Below are positions 39,536-48,772 of a stretch of 64,000 bases of DNA, in pieces. Where the stretch lies: the IMG/VR virus record IMGVR_UViG_3300043754_000129, positions 128,001-192,000 of that record, one strand, 5' to 3'. This DNA comes from a virus (lineage: Duplodnaviria > Caudoviricetes). The notes under the pieces were generated by a model. That model saw only the letters and a program-made list of their open reading frames with translations. It searched no databases and had not been told where the DNA came from. Each line of letters begins with the position of its first letter. Position 1 is the stretch's first letter. The position numbers and the translations under genes are program-made.

Positions 39536-42415
39536 ATGTCCACAACTTGCACCACACTGACGTACCCGTTTGACCCGACGGGTTCGTTGGTGTCGAACCT
39601 GATTCAAGGGGAGCAGCAGCAACTGGTTGCGCAGAACTTCCGTAACCAGCACTTCATCGTTCCGAAGGCAGCGCCGTTCTTCGCCGATACGCTGACCATC
39701 TCCTATCAGGATACCTCGGGTACGATTTCCACGCTCCAGGAAGGCGTGGATTACTACGTCACGCATTGGTTCATCAGCGCAAGCCGTGCTTGTGCCATGC
39801 GCGTGTACGGTTCGATCAGCTTCATCAATACCGCCTTGGCCGGTATCGTCTCGCTCTCCTACCAAACGGTCGGTGGCGAATGGACGGTGTCCGCCCAGCA
39901 GATCGCCACGATCATGGCGGATGTGGTGGACAACCCGCGCATCACGTCGTGGGAAGAAGTCAGTGGTACGCCCTATGCGTTCCCGCCCGAAGCACACGCT
40001 TGGGATGTGAACGACATGGTCGGTATGGATAGCGTGGTGACCGCCATCGGCGCCGTGACGTCTGCTCTGCAATCGAGTGGCAGCACGGGTCTGGCAGCGC
40101 ACATTGCAAACCATAACAACCCACACGTGGTGACCGCTGCGCAAGTCGGGCTGGGCAATGTCCAGAACTATGCGATGGCGCAGAATTCGGATGCTGTGGC
40201 CGGTACGTCGACGACGCTCTATATGTCGCCGGCTACGACCGCTGCGGCCATCCAGTCGCTCTCGCTCGCGCCGCTCACGGCTCACATTGCCAATCACAAC
40301 AACCCGCACGTTGTCACCGCGGCCCAAGTGGGTCTCGGCAACGTCGCCAATTACGCGCCGGCCCAGAACACCGATGCGCAAGCGGGTACGAGCACCACGC
40401 TGTACATGACCCCGGCCACCACCATGGTCGCGATCAACAGCACGGTTGGCTCGGCGTTGAACGCTCACATCTTGAACACCAACAACCCGCACCAAACCAG
40501 TGCGGCACAGGTCGGTCTCGGGAACGTGGCAAACTTCGGTGTCGCACAAAACAGCGACGCTATCGCCGGTACGGCTAACAACCTGTACATGACGCCGGCA
40601 GCCACGGCTGCGGCCATCGCCAACCAAGGTTCGAATGCGGTCCTCCAGGCTCACATTACGAACTACAGCAACCCTCACCAAGTGACGGCAGCTCAGGTTG
40701 GTGCGTACACCACGACGCAGGTCAATAACCTGCTCACGGGTTACGTGACGACGACGGGTACGGCAGCCAACTCGACCGAACTGGCAGGCTTGACGGTGGC
40801 GCAGCTCACTGCGCAAATCCTGCAAGGTACGGCGGCGAACGCAACGGAGTTTGGTGGCCTGACGCCGGCTCAGTGGCAAGCAGCGTTGCAAGGTGGTACG
40901 GCAAGTGACTCGCAGATGTTCGGTGGCATGACCCCGACGCAGTGGGACCAGTACATCGCCAACGCCACGGTCGCGAACGCGCTCGAACTGAATGGCCTCA
41001 CGGTCTGCCAGTTGACGGCTCAGATCCTCTCGGGCACCGCAGCCAATGCGACGCTGGCATACGGTGAAACGAAAGCGCAGCTGACCGCTGACATCCTGGC
41101 GGGTACGGCAGCCAACGCTACGCTCGCTTATGGACTGACGCAGGCACAGCTGACCACGGCGATTCTCGCTGGGACGGCATCGAACGCCAGCGCAGTCTAC
41201 GGCATGACGCAAGCGCAGTTGACGACGGCCATCACGACCGCAGTCAACAACCAGTTGCAGGGCAGTGAACTCGTGCTCGCGCAGGAGAACATTCCGGCCG
41301 CGACTGACACGACGGATCCGACGCTCTGGACGCCGATTGCCCAGATGTTCTTGCCGGGTACGACGGGGCTGTCGACCTTCCCGGACATGCAGCTGATTGT
41401 CACGGGTGGTGATGCAACGACGGGTACCGATTCCGGCACGTGGTTCATCCGCATGACGGCACGGGAAACGGGTCAAGCGCACAACGTGAGTGTGCAGGTC
41501 ATCAGCTTCACGGGTGAGCTCGTGGGCACGACGCAGTTTGGCTGGACGGTCGACACGACCACCTTTGCCAATGCGCCGTTTGCAACGCTCTGGGCAGAAA
41601 CGCCGGGCGCTGCGAACCAGATGTCGGTCAATGTGCTCTCGGGCTACAACGACAACTTCATCACGGCCATCGCAGTGCAGAACACCGCACCGGCTGGCAT
41701 TACGTACGCTACGGCTGACACCTTCGCCACGGTGTCGGAGATGAACAACATGGTCAGCCAACTGACCACGGCGTTCCAGGCAGTGGTGAATGCAGTCCAG
41801 GGTGCCGCCGGTACGTCGTTCAATGCGAACGCCGCTCCGAGCCAACTCACGCTCTCGAACAGCAACTTGACGCTGACGGGTACGGCCACGGGCTGGTACG
41901 ACGACACGGCCAACATCGGTCTCACGTCCGGTAAGGGTTACTTCGAAGTCACGGCCAACACGCTCGCCCATGGCGCAGCGATCGGTATCGCGAATTCGAC
42001 GGAAGCACTGACGGCGGAAATCGGTAGCGACACCAACGGCATCGCGCTCGTGAACAACATCACGGCCGGCACGAAGGGCATCTACTACAACGGTGCTTAC
42101 GTGAAGACGTCGGCTTCGGGCTTCGCTCAGGGCTCGACGGTGGGCGTGGCAGTGGACATGACCAACAAGCTGATCTGGTTCTACAACCCGACGACGGGCA
42201 AGTGGAACGAAGACGTGATCGCCAACCAGAACCCGGCAACGGGCACGGGCGGTATCTCGATCGCGACGATCATGACCTCCGGTAGCAATACGGTGGACGT
42301 GTATCCGGCAGCTGGTGTGGACGCAAGCGGTGAATCGCTCACCTTGAACGGTGGTGCTTCGACGTTCGTCAACGCGATCCCCTCGGGCTTCTCGAGCTGG
42401 AACTCGCTGGCATAA
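39536..42415 (+). CDS. Tail fibre protein 1 (phiKZ gp131-family N-terminus, NPH repeats, C-terminal SPRY-like domain), 959 aa
   Basis: N-terminal YPFDPTGSLVSNLIQGE anchor. Four HxxNxxNPHxxTAAQVG repeats, about seven tandem 23-aa A(A)NxTxxxGLTxAQLTAxILxGT repeats, and an SPRY-like domain from about 41819. Confidence 0.85.
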   Translation: MSTTCTTLTYPFDPTGSLVSNLIQGEQQQLVAQNFRNQHFIVPKAAPFFADTLTISYQDTSGTISTLQEGVDYYVTHWFISASRACAMRVYGSISFINTALAGIVSLSYQTVGGEWTVSAQQIATIMADVVDNPRITSWEEVSGTPYAFPPEAHAWDVNDMVGMDSVVTAIGAVTSALQSSGSTGLAAHIANHNNPHVVTAAQVGLGNVQNYAMAQNSDAVAGTSTTLYMSPATTAAAIQSLSLAPLTAHIANHNNPHVVTAAQVGLGNVANYAPAQNTDAQAGTSTTLYMTPATTMVAINSTVGSALNAHILNTNNPHQTSAAQVGLGNVANFGVAQNSDAIAGTANNLYMTPAATAAAIANQGSNAVLQAHITNYSNPHQVTAAQVGAYTTTQVNNLLTGYVTTTGTAANSTELAGLTVAQLTAQILQGTAANATEFGGLTPAQWQAALQGGTASDSQMFGGMTPTQWDQYIANATVANALELNGLTVCQLTAQILSGTAANATLAYGETKAQLTADILAGTAANATLAYGLTQAQLTTAILAGTASNASAVYGMTQAQLTTAITTAVNNQLQGSELVLAQENIPAATDTTDPTLWTPIAQMFLPGTTGLSTFPDMQLIVTGGDATTGTDSGTWFIRMTARETGQAHNVSVQVISFTGELVGTTQFGWTVDTTTFANAPFATLWAETPGAANQMSVNVLSGYNDNFITAIAVQNTAPAGITYATADTFATVSEMNNMVSQLTTAFQAVVNAVQGAAGTSFNANAAPSQLTLSNSNLTLTGTATGWYDDTANIGLTSGKGYFEVTANTLAHGAAIGIANSTEALTAEIGSDTNGIALVNNITAGTKGIYYNGAYVKTSASGFAQGSTVGVAVDMTNKLIWFYNPTTGKWNEDVIANQNPATGTGGISIATIMTSGSNTVDVYPAAGVDASGESLTLNGGASTFVNAIPSGFSSWNSLA

Positions 42416-42438
42416 CAACAAGTAGTTGACTTCCTTTT

Positions 42439-42497
42439 AGAGGCCCAAGGCTATCCGCTAAGCAATTTTATGCTTAGTGGGGCCTTGGGCCTCTTTT
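42439..42497 (+). terminator. Long hairpin terminator/attenuator between tail fibre genes 1 and 2
   Basis: AGAGGCCCAAGGC...GCCTTGGGCCTCT outer stem, CTAAGCA/TGCTTAG inner stem, then TTT. Confidence 0.6.
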
Positions 42498-42519
42498 GCT
42501 GGTTACTCAGGAATTAACA

Positions 42520-43992
42520 ATGAGCACATCGAACTTAACGCTTCCGCTGGATCCGACGGGTTCGGCGTCTGCGAACTTGATTCAAAACGAAGCCCATGCA
42601 ATCGGGGCGACGGGCACGCGGGCATTCCCCGTGCATTACGGTCTGTTCTTCCGCGACTCGGTGTCCGTGGTCGACGTGGCAACAGGCAAGACCCTCACGG
42701 AAGGTACGCAGTACTACCCGACTCAGATGGACCTGGCAGCGTCCCTCCAGTACGGGCAAGAGTTGGATTCGGTCATCATCATCACCGACACCACGGTCTC
42801 GGCCAATGTGACGGTTTCGTACCAAGCGCTTGGTGGTGTGAACAGTCTGAACTCGCAAGAAGCGCAGACTGAGATCAACGCGCTGAATATCGACGACGCC
42901 GTCGTGGCGTGGGCGGACGTGACGAATAAGCCCAAGGACTATCCGCCGGGCGCGCACTATCACCAAGCCGGTGACGTGTTTGGCCTCGAGTACATCGTGG
43001 CGGCTATCAATCGCTTGGCGGCTGCAATCACGGAAGGCCAGGGCGCTGCACAAAACGCACTGATGCAGTATGCGGAAGATGTCGTGGCGGAGATGGCAGG
43101 GATCGTGGCAACGGGGCAGGCAACGCTGAATGCCCACTTCACGGACTACACGAATCCGCACAAGACCACCGCAGCTCAGATCGGAGCATACACGACTGAG
43201 CAAACGACGGCAGCGATCTCCGCGGAAACGCTGAGCCGTCAGCAAGCGGACACGGCGATTACGTCCACGCTCAATACGCACATCGCCAACCACAACAACC
43301 CTCACCAGCTCACGCCAGCTCAGGTGGGTGGGATGACGCAGGCTCAGTCCGATGCGGCAATGGCTGCAATGTCGGCGGCACTGGAAGTGAACATCCAGGC
43401 CAACGAGACGACTCAGAACGCGCACATCACGAACTACAGTAACCCGCACCAGGTGACTGCTGCCCAAATCGGCACGTGGACGGTCTCGCAGATTACCGCG
43501 GCGATCTCGAACTCGGTCGGCACCATCCAGAACCAGGTCAATGCGTACGAAGCGCTGCTCGACTCGCACCTGGCCAACACGAGTAATCCCCACAAGGATA
43601 CCGTGACCAACATTGGTACCTGGACGCAGACGGCCATCCAGTCGGGGATCGTGAATCCGTACACGGCACACGTGACGAATACGGCCAACCCGCACCAGGA
43701 CGTGTACTCGAACATCGTGACGTCGAACGTGGATAGCTCGGGCGTCTATAGCGCCACGACCATGAGTACGGCGATTACGAACGCGTACAACAGCATCATC
43801 GCGCAGATCTCCTCGCTGAACAGCACGGTGTCAAGCCACACGGGTAACTTCAATAACCCGCACGGCGATAACGTCTCGAACACGGGTGGTGCCTACACGG
43901 CCGGCCAGCTGGCTTACGCGATCAGTCTCTTGCAGGGTCCGGGTGGGAGCGCGGCGAACGCGATCAACTACCTGGCGAGCATCCACAACTAA
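42520..43992 (+). CDS. Tail fibre protein 2 (paralog; six NPH repeats, no evident C-terminal head)
   Basis: AGGA RBS. LPLDPTGSASANLIQNE N-terminus. Six HxxxxxNPH repeats. Confidence 0.8.
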   Translation: MSTSNLTLPLDPTGSASANLIQNEAHAIGATGTRAFPVHYGLFFRDSVSVVDVATGKTLTEGTQYYPTQMDLAASLQYGQELDSVIIITDTTVSANVTVSYQALGGVNSLNSQEAQTEINALNIDDAVVAWADVTNKPKDYPPGAHYHQAGDVFGLEYIVAAINRLAAAITEGQGAAQNALMQYAEDVVAEMAGIVATGQATLNAHFTDYTNPHKTTAAQIGAYTTEQTTAAISAETLSRQQADTAITSTLNTHIANHNNPHQLTPAQVGGMTQAQSDAAMAAMSAALEVNIQANETTQNAHITNYSNPHQVTAAQIGTWTVSQITAAISNSVGTIQNQVNAYEALLDSHLANTSNPHKDTVTNIGTWTQTAIQSGIVNPYTAHVTNTANPHQDVYSNIVTSNVDSSGVYSATTMSTAITNAYNSIIAQISSLNSTVSSHTGNFNNPHGDNVSNTGGAYTAGQLAYAISLLQGPGGSAANAINYLASIHN

Positions 43993-44003
43993 GAGTAGCT
44001 GAC

Positions 44004-45410
44004 ATGATTCCAAACATCTATCGTTACCCGCTGGATTTGACGGGTACCAGTCGGAGCAATTACGTCACCGGGGAGAACCAGAGCATCGGCACGTCCACGG
44101 TGCGCGCAATTGCGCCGAACGCAGGTGCCTTCTTCGGGAAGTCGATTCAGATTCTGGATCGGGCCTCGAACCTGACGCTGAACGATACGCAGTACTCGTT
44201 CCAGTTTCTGCATGAAGAGCTTACCATCAAGTCGGGTCTGGAAGTGTGGGGCATCTTGCTCATCACGGATCCGTCGGTGTCGGCCAATATCTCGCTGTCT
44301 TATCAGGCCGTGGGTGGACCGATCGCGGGCAACTACTCGACGATGGCGGCTGAGATTGCCACGCTCCAGTTGGATTCGCGTGCGGTGGCGTTTCGCAACA
44401 TCACGGGCTTTCCGGATACGGTCAAGCCGGTGCCGCACATGCACTGGGTGGGCGACACGTACGACTGGGACTACATCGTCAATGCGCTGGAGCTCTGCCT
44501 GAACGCGATGACGCTCTCGGAAGCCGCGTCGTACGACACGGTGCTCACGTACATCGATCAGCAGAAGGGTCTGTACACGACCCAGATCGCAGGCTTGGCG
44601 GCGCAGCTTGCCGCGCACATTGCCAACTACAACAATCCGCACCAGACGACGCTTCTTCAGGTCGACGCGTATTCGAGCAGCCAGGTCGATAGCCTGATTG
44701 CCACCGAGACGACGAACCGGATTGCGGCAGATGCGGTGGTGAACAATGCAATCCAGGCGCATGCAACGTGTTACCACAACCCGCACGTGGATACGGCTGA
44801 CGACATCGGCGGCTACAGCACGAGCGAAACGGACGCGAACCTGAATGCAGTGAAGGCCGCACTCAATGCGCAGATGACGTCGGATGCCAATGCGATGGCG
44901 GCCCACATCGGCAACACGAACAACCCGCACAAGGTCACGCTCGATCAGCTGAATGGTTACACCACGCAGCAGATCAACACCGCGATCTCGAACGGCGTGT
45001 CGCCTGTGGCTACGCAGCTGGCCAATGACACCACGCAGATGAACGCGCACATTGCCAATACGAACAATCCTCACCAAACGACGATTGCCCAGATTGGTGC
45101 ATGGGACAATGCGAGCATCAACACGCTCAACACGAACGTGGCGAATCACATCGTGAACACGAGCAACCCACACGGCGTAACGGCCGCGCAGGCGAGCACG
45201 TGGACGTCGGCCCAGATCTCGGCCCAGATCGCCAACGCGTACACCACGCCGGTGACGACTGCGCTCAATAGCCAAGCCAACGTGATCAACGGCCACATCG
45301 GCAACCGGAGCAATCCGCACAATGTGACCGTGGCACAAATCGGTGGGTGGACGTATGCGCAGTGGCTGGCCACGGGTCAGGCTCAGCAGAACGCGAACTC
45401 GTACCACTAA
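44004..45410 (+). CDS. Tail fibre protein 3 (paralog; six NPH repeats, no evident C-terminal head), 468 aa
   Basis: YPLDLTGTSRSNYVTGE N-terminus. Six NPH repeats; the ORF ends shortly after the last one. Confidence 0.8.
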   Translation: MIPNIYRYPLDLTGTSRSNYVTGENQSIGTSTVRAIAPNAGAFFGKSIQILDRASNLTLNDTQYSFQFLHEELTIKSGLEVWGILLITDPSVSANISLSYQAVGGPIAGNYSTMAAEIATLQLDSRAVAFRNITGFPDTVKPVPHMHWVGDTYDWDYIVNALELCLNAMTLSEAASYDTVLTYIDQQKGLYTTQIAGLAAQLAAHIANYNNPHQTTLLQVDAYSSSQVDSLIATETTNRIAADAVVNNAIQAHATCYHNPHVDTADDIGGYSTSETDANLNAVKAALNAQMTSDANAMAAHIGNTNNPHKVTLDQLNGYTTQQINTAISNGVSPVATQLANDTTQMNAHIANTNNPHQTTIAQIGAWDNASINTLNTNVANHIVNTSNPHGVTAAQASTWTSAQISAQIANAYTTPVTTALNSQANVINGHIGNRSNPHNVTVAQIGGWTYAQWLATGQAQQNANSYH

Positions 45411-45425
45411 AGGAAGAAGAGAAAC

Positions 45426-47912
45426 ATGTCAACCTTGACTTTGCCGCTTGACCCCACAGGGAAGGCGACAACGAACGACATCACGGGGGAGCTCCAGAAC
45501 ATCGGAACCAACCCGGTACGAGCGTTTGCCACGAACTATGGCGCGTTCTTCGCCTCGAGCCTGGTCCTGGTGGATACGGCTTCGGGGAAGACCCTGACGT
45601 CGAGCCAGTACTTCACGGCGGTGGTCTATGACTTGGCGACGGCAAAGTACGGCGTCGCAGTCAACGACACGATCGTGGGGATTGTGGTCATCACCGATGC
45701 AACGGTCGGCAATACGATCCGCGCCAGCTATCAGGCGTTGGGTGGTGGCTATCAGACGTCGCTCAGCGCGCTCGCCAATGACCTGATTGGTTATGAGCCG
45801 GCATCGCGTCCGACGGCGTGGCCGAGTGTGATCGACGCACTCTCGACGACCCCGGCTTCGCAGGCCCTGCACGACGCGGGTCAGGCAGGCATGATCACGT
45901 TTGAATACGTGGTGCATGCGATCGACCGGCTCATGCAGTTGGCGATCATGGGCGACCCGATCTCGCAGATGGCGGTGCAGGCCTACGCGAATGCGATGGA
46001 GACGAATCAGCTGGCAGGTTTGAACGCCGTGCTGGCCAATCTCTACACGCACGAAGCGAACCAGGCCAATCCGCACCGGGTGACGGCAGCGCAACTGGGT
46101 GCTTATACCACGGCCCAGCAAGATGCCGCGATCCAGGTCGAAGCCACCAATCGCACGACGGAAGACAACCAGCTGACGGCGACGCTTACCGCCCACACGA
46201 CGAACTACAACAACCCCCACCAGGTCACACTGGCGGAGCTGGGGATGTACTCGTCGGCGACGGTGAACAGCAACATCACGGCCGCGCAAACCGCGCTTCA
46301 GGCGACGTTGGCGACCAATGCTGCTGCGGTCGGTACGCACATCAACAACTTCAACAATCCCCACAACGACACCACGACGAACCTGGGGACGTTGACGGTT
46401 TCGCAGATCCAGACGGCCATCGCTAATGCCACCACGGCGGTTGCGAATAACGCCACGACTGCGAACACGACGTTGAGCTCGCACACGGGCAACTTCAACA
46501 ATCCGCATGCGGTCACGCCGGCGCAGATTGGTACGTGGACGGCGAGTGCTCTGACGACGTTGCAGACGACGCTCACCAACCACATCTCGAATTACAGCAA
46601 TCCGCACCATGTGAACATCTCGCAGATTGCGGGCCTGACGGTGAACCAGTTCAACGCAGCTTTGTCGGCAGCCCAGACGAGCATGCAGAACTACTACAAC
46701 AGCAACTACAGCGCCATTGTCAACCACATCAACAACGGGAATAACCCTCACGGGGATTCCGCGCAGGCGATGGGGGCACTGGGGCCGTGGAACCTGGGGA
46801 CACTCGAAAACGATTTGAACTCGTGGCAGACGTCGATCAACAACTCGGGCTATCCGTACTCCGAGCGCGGTACGCAGTACTTCGACGTGAACTACACGGG
46901 CGCGATTCAGGCGAACTTCCAGCGCGACGTCTTGATCTATCGGGGCACCTCCCCAACGATCACGGGCGGGTGCTACACCTGTACCGGTGCCTTCCAGCAA
47001 GCCGGTGCACCTGGTGGTGGGGTGATCATCGGCTTCTTCCGTTCGGGCAATGTGCTCACGCTCATTATCCACAACGGCTCGCTCGATGGCACGACCTTCT
47101 CGACGAGTAACGGCGATAACGTCACGCTCTCGAATGGTTGGTCGGACAGTTGGTTTGGTTCGGCAGGCAACCTGTACACGGCGTACGGGGCCAACAGTCA
47201 GTTGGGCCAGGCATCACGTGATGGTTACTGGCACGCCACGGGCTTCTCGGGTCAGGGTCAACCGCCGGCCGGTTACGTGAACGGCGCGGCTCCGCCTCCG
47301 CCGACTTCGGGCGGTGGTCAAACTTGCCACAACATCAGCTGCTTCATTGCGGGCACCAAGGTCCTGATGGCGGACTACAGCTGGAAGGAAATCCAGTTGC
47401 TCGAACCGGGTGACATGCTCATGTCGCCGACGGGTCCGGCGAAGATGCTGCGCCTGCACCAGGCTATCCTGGGTACGGGTCGCGCGATGCTGACCATGAA
47501 GGAAGATCCGTCCACGCAGTGGGTGGCCGATCACCCACTCTGGTCGCGTAACGCAGAAGGCAAGCAATGGTGGTGGTCGGGTGACGCACCGTACATGCGT
47601 TCGGAAGTCGATCAGGGCTTGACCGCGGGTCTGAAGGACATCCACTCGGTGTTCGAAGACGAAGTGGAATACGCTCACCTCGATGGCTTCGTGAAGCGTA
47701 CGATCGTCGAGACGCCAGCCGATCCGAACACACCGGTGTACATTCCGGTGCTCGAAGGTCCGCCGTGTATCGTCAACGGCTATGTGGCTGCGGCGTTCTT
47801 CAACGAGTGGGAGTACGACTACACCCAACTCGATTGGCTCAAGCACGCTCAGGCTCACAAGGCTGGTGCGCTCATTGCCAACGCAGAACTCCGGGCGATT
47901 GCGCCTAAGTAA
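45426..47912 (+). CDS. Tail fibre protein 4 with a putative receptor-binding region and a C-terminal Hint domain, 828 aa
   Basis: LPLDPTGKATTNDITGE N-terminus, six NPH repeats, an aromatic/Gly-rich domain, a PPPPTSGGG linker, then CFIAGTKVLMADYSWKEIQLLEPGDMLMS (Hint block A) starting at 47340. Confidence 0.85.
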   Translation: MSTLTLPLDPTGKATTNDITGELQNIGTNPVRAFATNYGAFFASSLVLVDTASGKTLTSSQYFTAVVYDLATAKYGVAVNDTIVGIVVITDATVGNTIRASYQALGGGYQTSLSALANDLIGYEPASRPTAWPSVIDALSTTPASQALHDAGQAGMITFEYVVHAIDRLMQLAIMGDPISQMAVQAYANAMETNQLAGLNAVLANLYTHEANQANPHRVTAAQLGAYTTAQQDAAIQVEATNRTTEDNQLTATLTAHTTNYNNPHQVTLAELGMYSSATVNSNITAAQTALQATLATNAAAVGTHINNFNNPHNDTTTNLGTLTVSQIQTAIANATTAVANNATTANTTLSSHTGNFNNPHAVTPAQIGTWTASALTTLQTTLTNHISNYSNPHHVNISQIAGLTVNQFNAALSAAQTSMQNYYNSNYSAIVNHINNGNNPHGDSAQAMGALGPWNLGTLENDLNSWQTSINNSGYPYSERGTQYFDVNYTGAIQANFQRDVLIYRGTSPTITGGCYTCTGAFQQAGAPGGGVIIGFFRSGNVLTLIIHNGSLDGTTFSTSNGDNVTLSNGWSDSWFGSAGNLYTAYGANSQLGQASRDGYWHATGFSGQGQPPAGYVNGAAPPPPTSGGGQTCHNISCFIAGTKVLMADYSWKEIQLLEPGDMLMSPTGPAKMLRLHQAILGTGRAMLTMKEDPSTQWVADHPLWSRNAEGKQWWWSGDAPYMRSEVDQGLTAGLKDIHSVFEDEVEYAHLDGFVKRTIVETPADPNTPVYIPVLEGPPCIVNGYVAAAFFNEWEYDYTQLDWLKHAQAHKAGALIANAELRAIAPK

Positions 47913-47916
47913 GTTG

Positions 47917-47946
47917 AGCCAGGGGGCAACCCCTGGCTTTTATTTT
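47917..47946 (+). terminator. Rho-independent terminator after the tail-fibre cluster
   Basis: AGCCAGGGG-GCAA-CCCCTGGCT followed by TTTATTTT. Confidence 0.8.
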
Positions 47947-47955
47947 GGACACGCC

Positions 47956-48723
47956 ATGAGCTCCCCAACCATCGAAGAGATTCGCATGACCTTCTTCAAT
48001 TACGATAAGCCCTCGAAGCAGATCCTGAGCGATCTGATCTTTGCCTCGAATGGCTTTCGACTTCCCAGCACGGGAGTCACTTACGGTACGCCTGTCGCAG
48101 TCCCGGGTCCCTCGGGCTACTACAGCTACCTGAATACCGGGATCGAGGTGTCGATTCCCTACGCTCCGGGCGTGCAGAACTACGGCAAGCAGACATTCTT
48201 CTACAGCCGGCTGAACCTGGGTAATGCGGCACCCGTGGCGAACGCGGTTCCGATTGTGGTGACAGCCTACCCGACGGACACCTACACGCTGCTCCCCCAG
48301 ATCAATGCCTACTACGGCTTGCAACTGGGTCAGGACGATGTGGTCAATGTCACGTATGCGGACAACACGGCGGACTTCCTCGTGACCGCTGCGGCAGGAT
48401 CGCTTGTCTGGACGCCAGCAACGGCCTTGGACGTCACGACGGTGGTCAGTGGTGCCACAGGTGCTGGTGGTCACGGCACAGGCACACAGGTCGGCTGGAC
48501 GGGTCTGGGACAGGGTTCCAGTGGCGTCGCACCGAGCGATGGAACCTCGGGCGGCGGCAGTGGCTCCGACGGTACGGGTTCCGGTGGCTCGGGCAGTGGG
48601 GGTTCTGGCTCCGGCTCGGGTGGCTCGGGTTCGGACGGCACCGATCCCATCCTCGGCGTGGAGTGGATTCCCAACGGCGAGTCGGGTGTGCAAGACCTCT
48701 CGATTACCACCGACGGCAGTTAA
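47956..48723 (+). CDS. Putative virion protein with a Gly/Ser-rich C-terminal tail (start 47956 or 47986)
   Basis: YSRLNLG...TYTLLPQINAYYGLQLGQDDV resembles a small-domain family common in phiKZ-like virion proteins. It ends in a GSGG repeat tail. Confidence 0.65.
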   Translation: MSSPTIEEIRMTFFNYDKPSKQILSDLIFASNGFRLPSTGVTYGTPVAVPGPSGYYSYLNTGIEVSIPYAPGVQNYGKQTFFYSRLNLGNAAPVANAVPIVVTAYPTDTYTLLPQINAYYGLQLGQDDVVNVTYADNTADFLVTAAAGSLVWTPATALDVTTVVSGATGAGGHGTGTQVGWTGLGQGSSGVAPSDGTSGGGSGSDGTGSGGSGSGGSGSGSGGSGSDGTDPILGVEWIPNGESGVQDLSITTDGS

Positions 48724-48728
48724 GCACG

Positions 48729-48766
48729 CGGCATAAAGGCCCGGGGTGACCCGGGCTCCTATGCCG
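48729..48766. terminator. GGCATA/TATGCC-family hairpin between convergent genes
   Basis: CGGCATA-AAG-GCCCGGG-GTGA-CCCGGGC-TCC-TATGCCG. Confidence 0.75.
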
Positions 48767-48772
48767 TCAACT

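Noticed and set aside
43980-43992. Tail fibre 2 ends in His-Asn, like an intein C-terminus that might pair in trans with the Hint of fibre 4
   Set aside because: There is no preceding intein block F and no C-extein residue follows. A chance two-residue match in a His/Asn-rich protein is likely.
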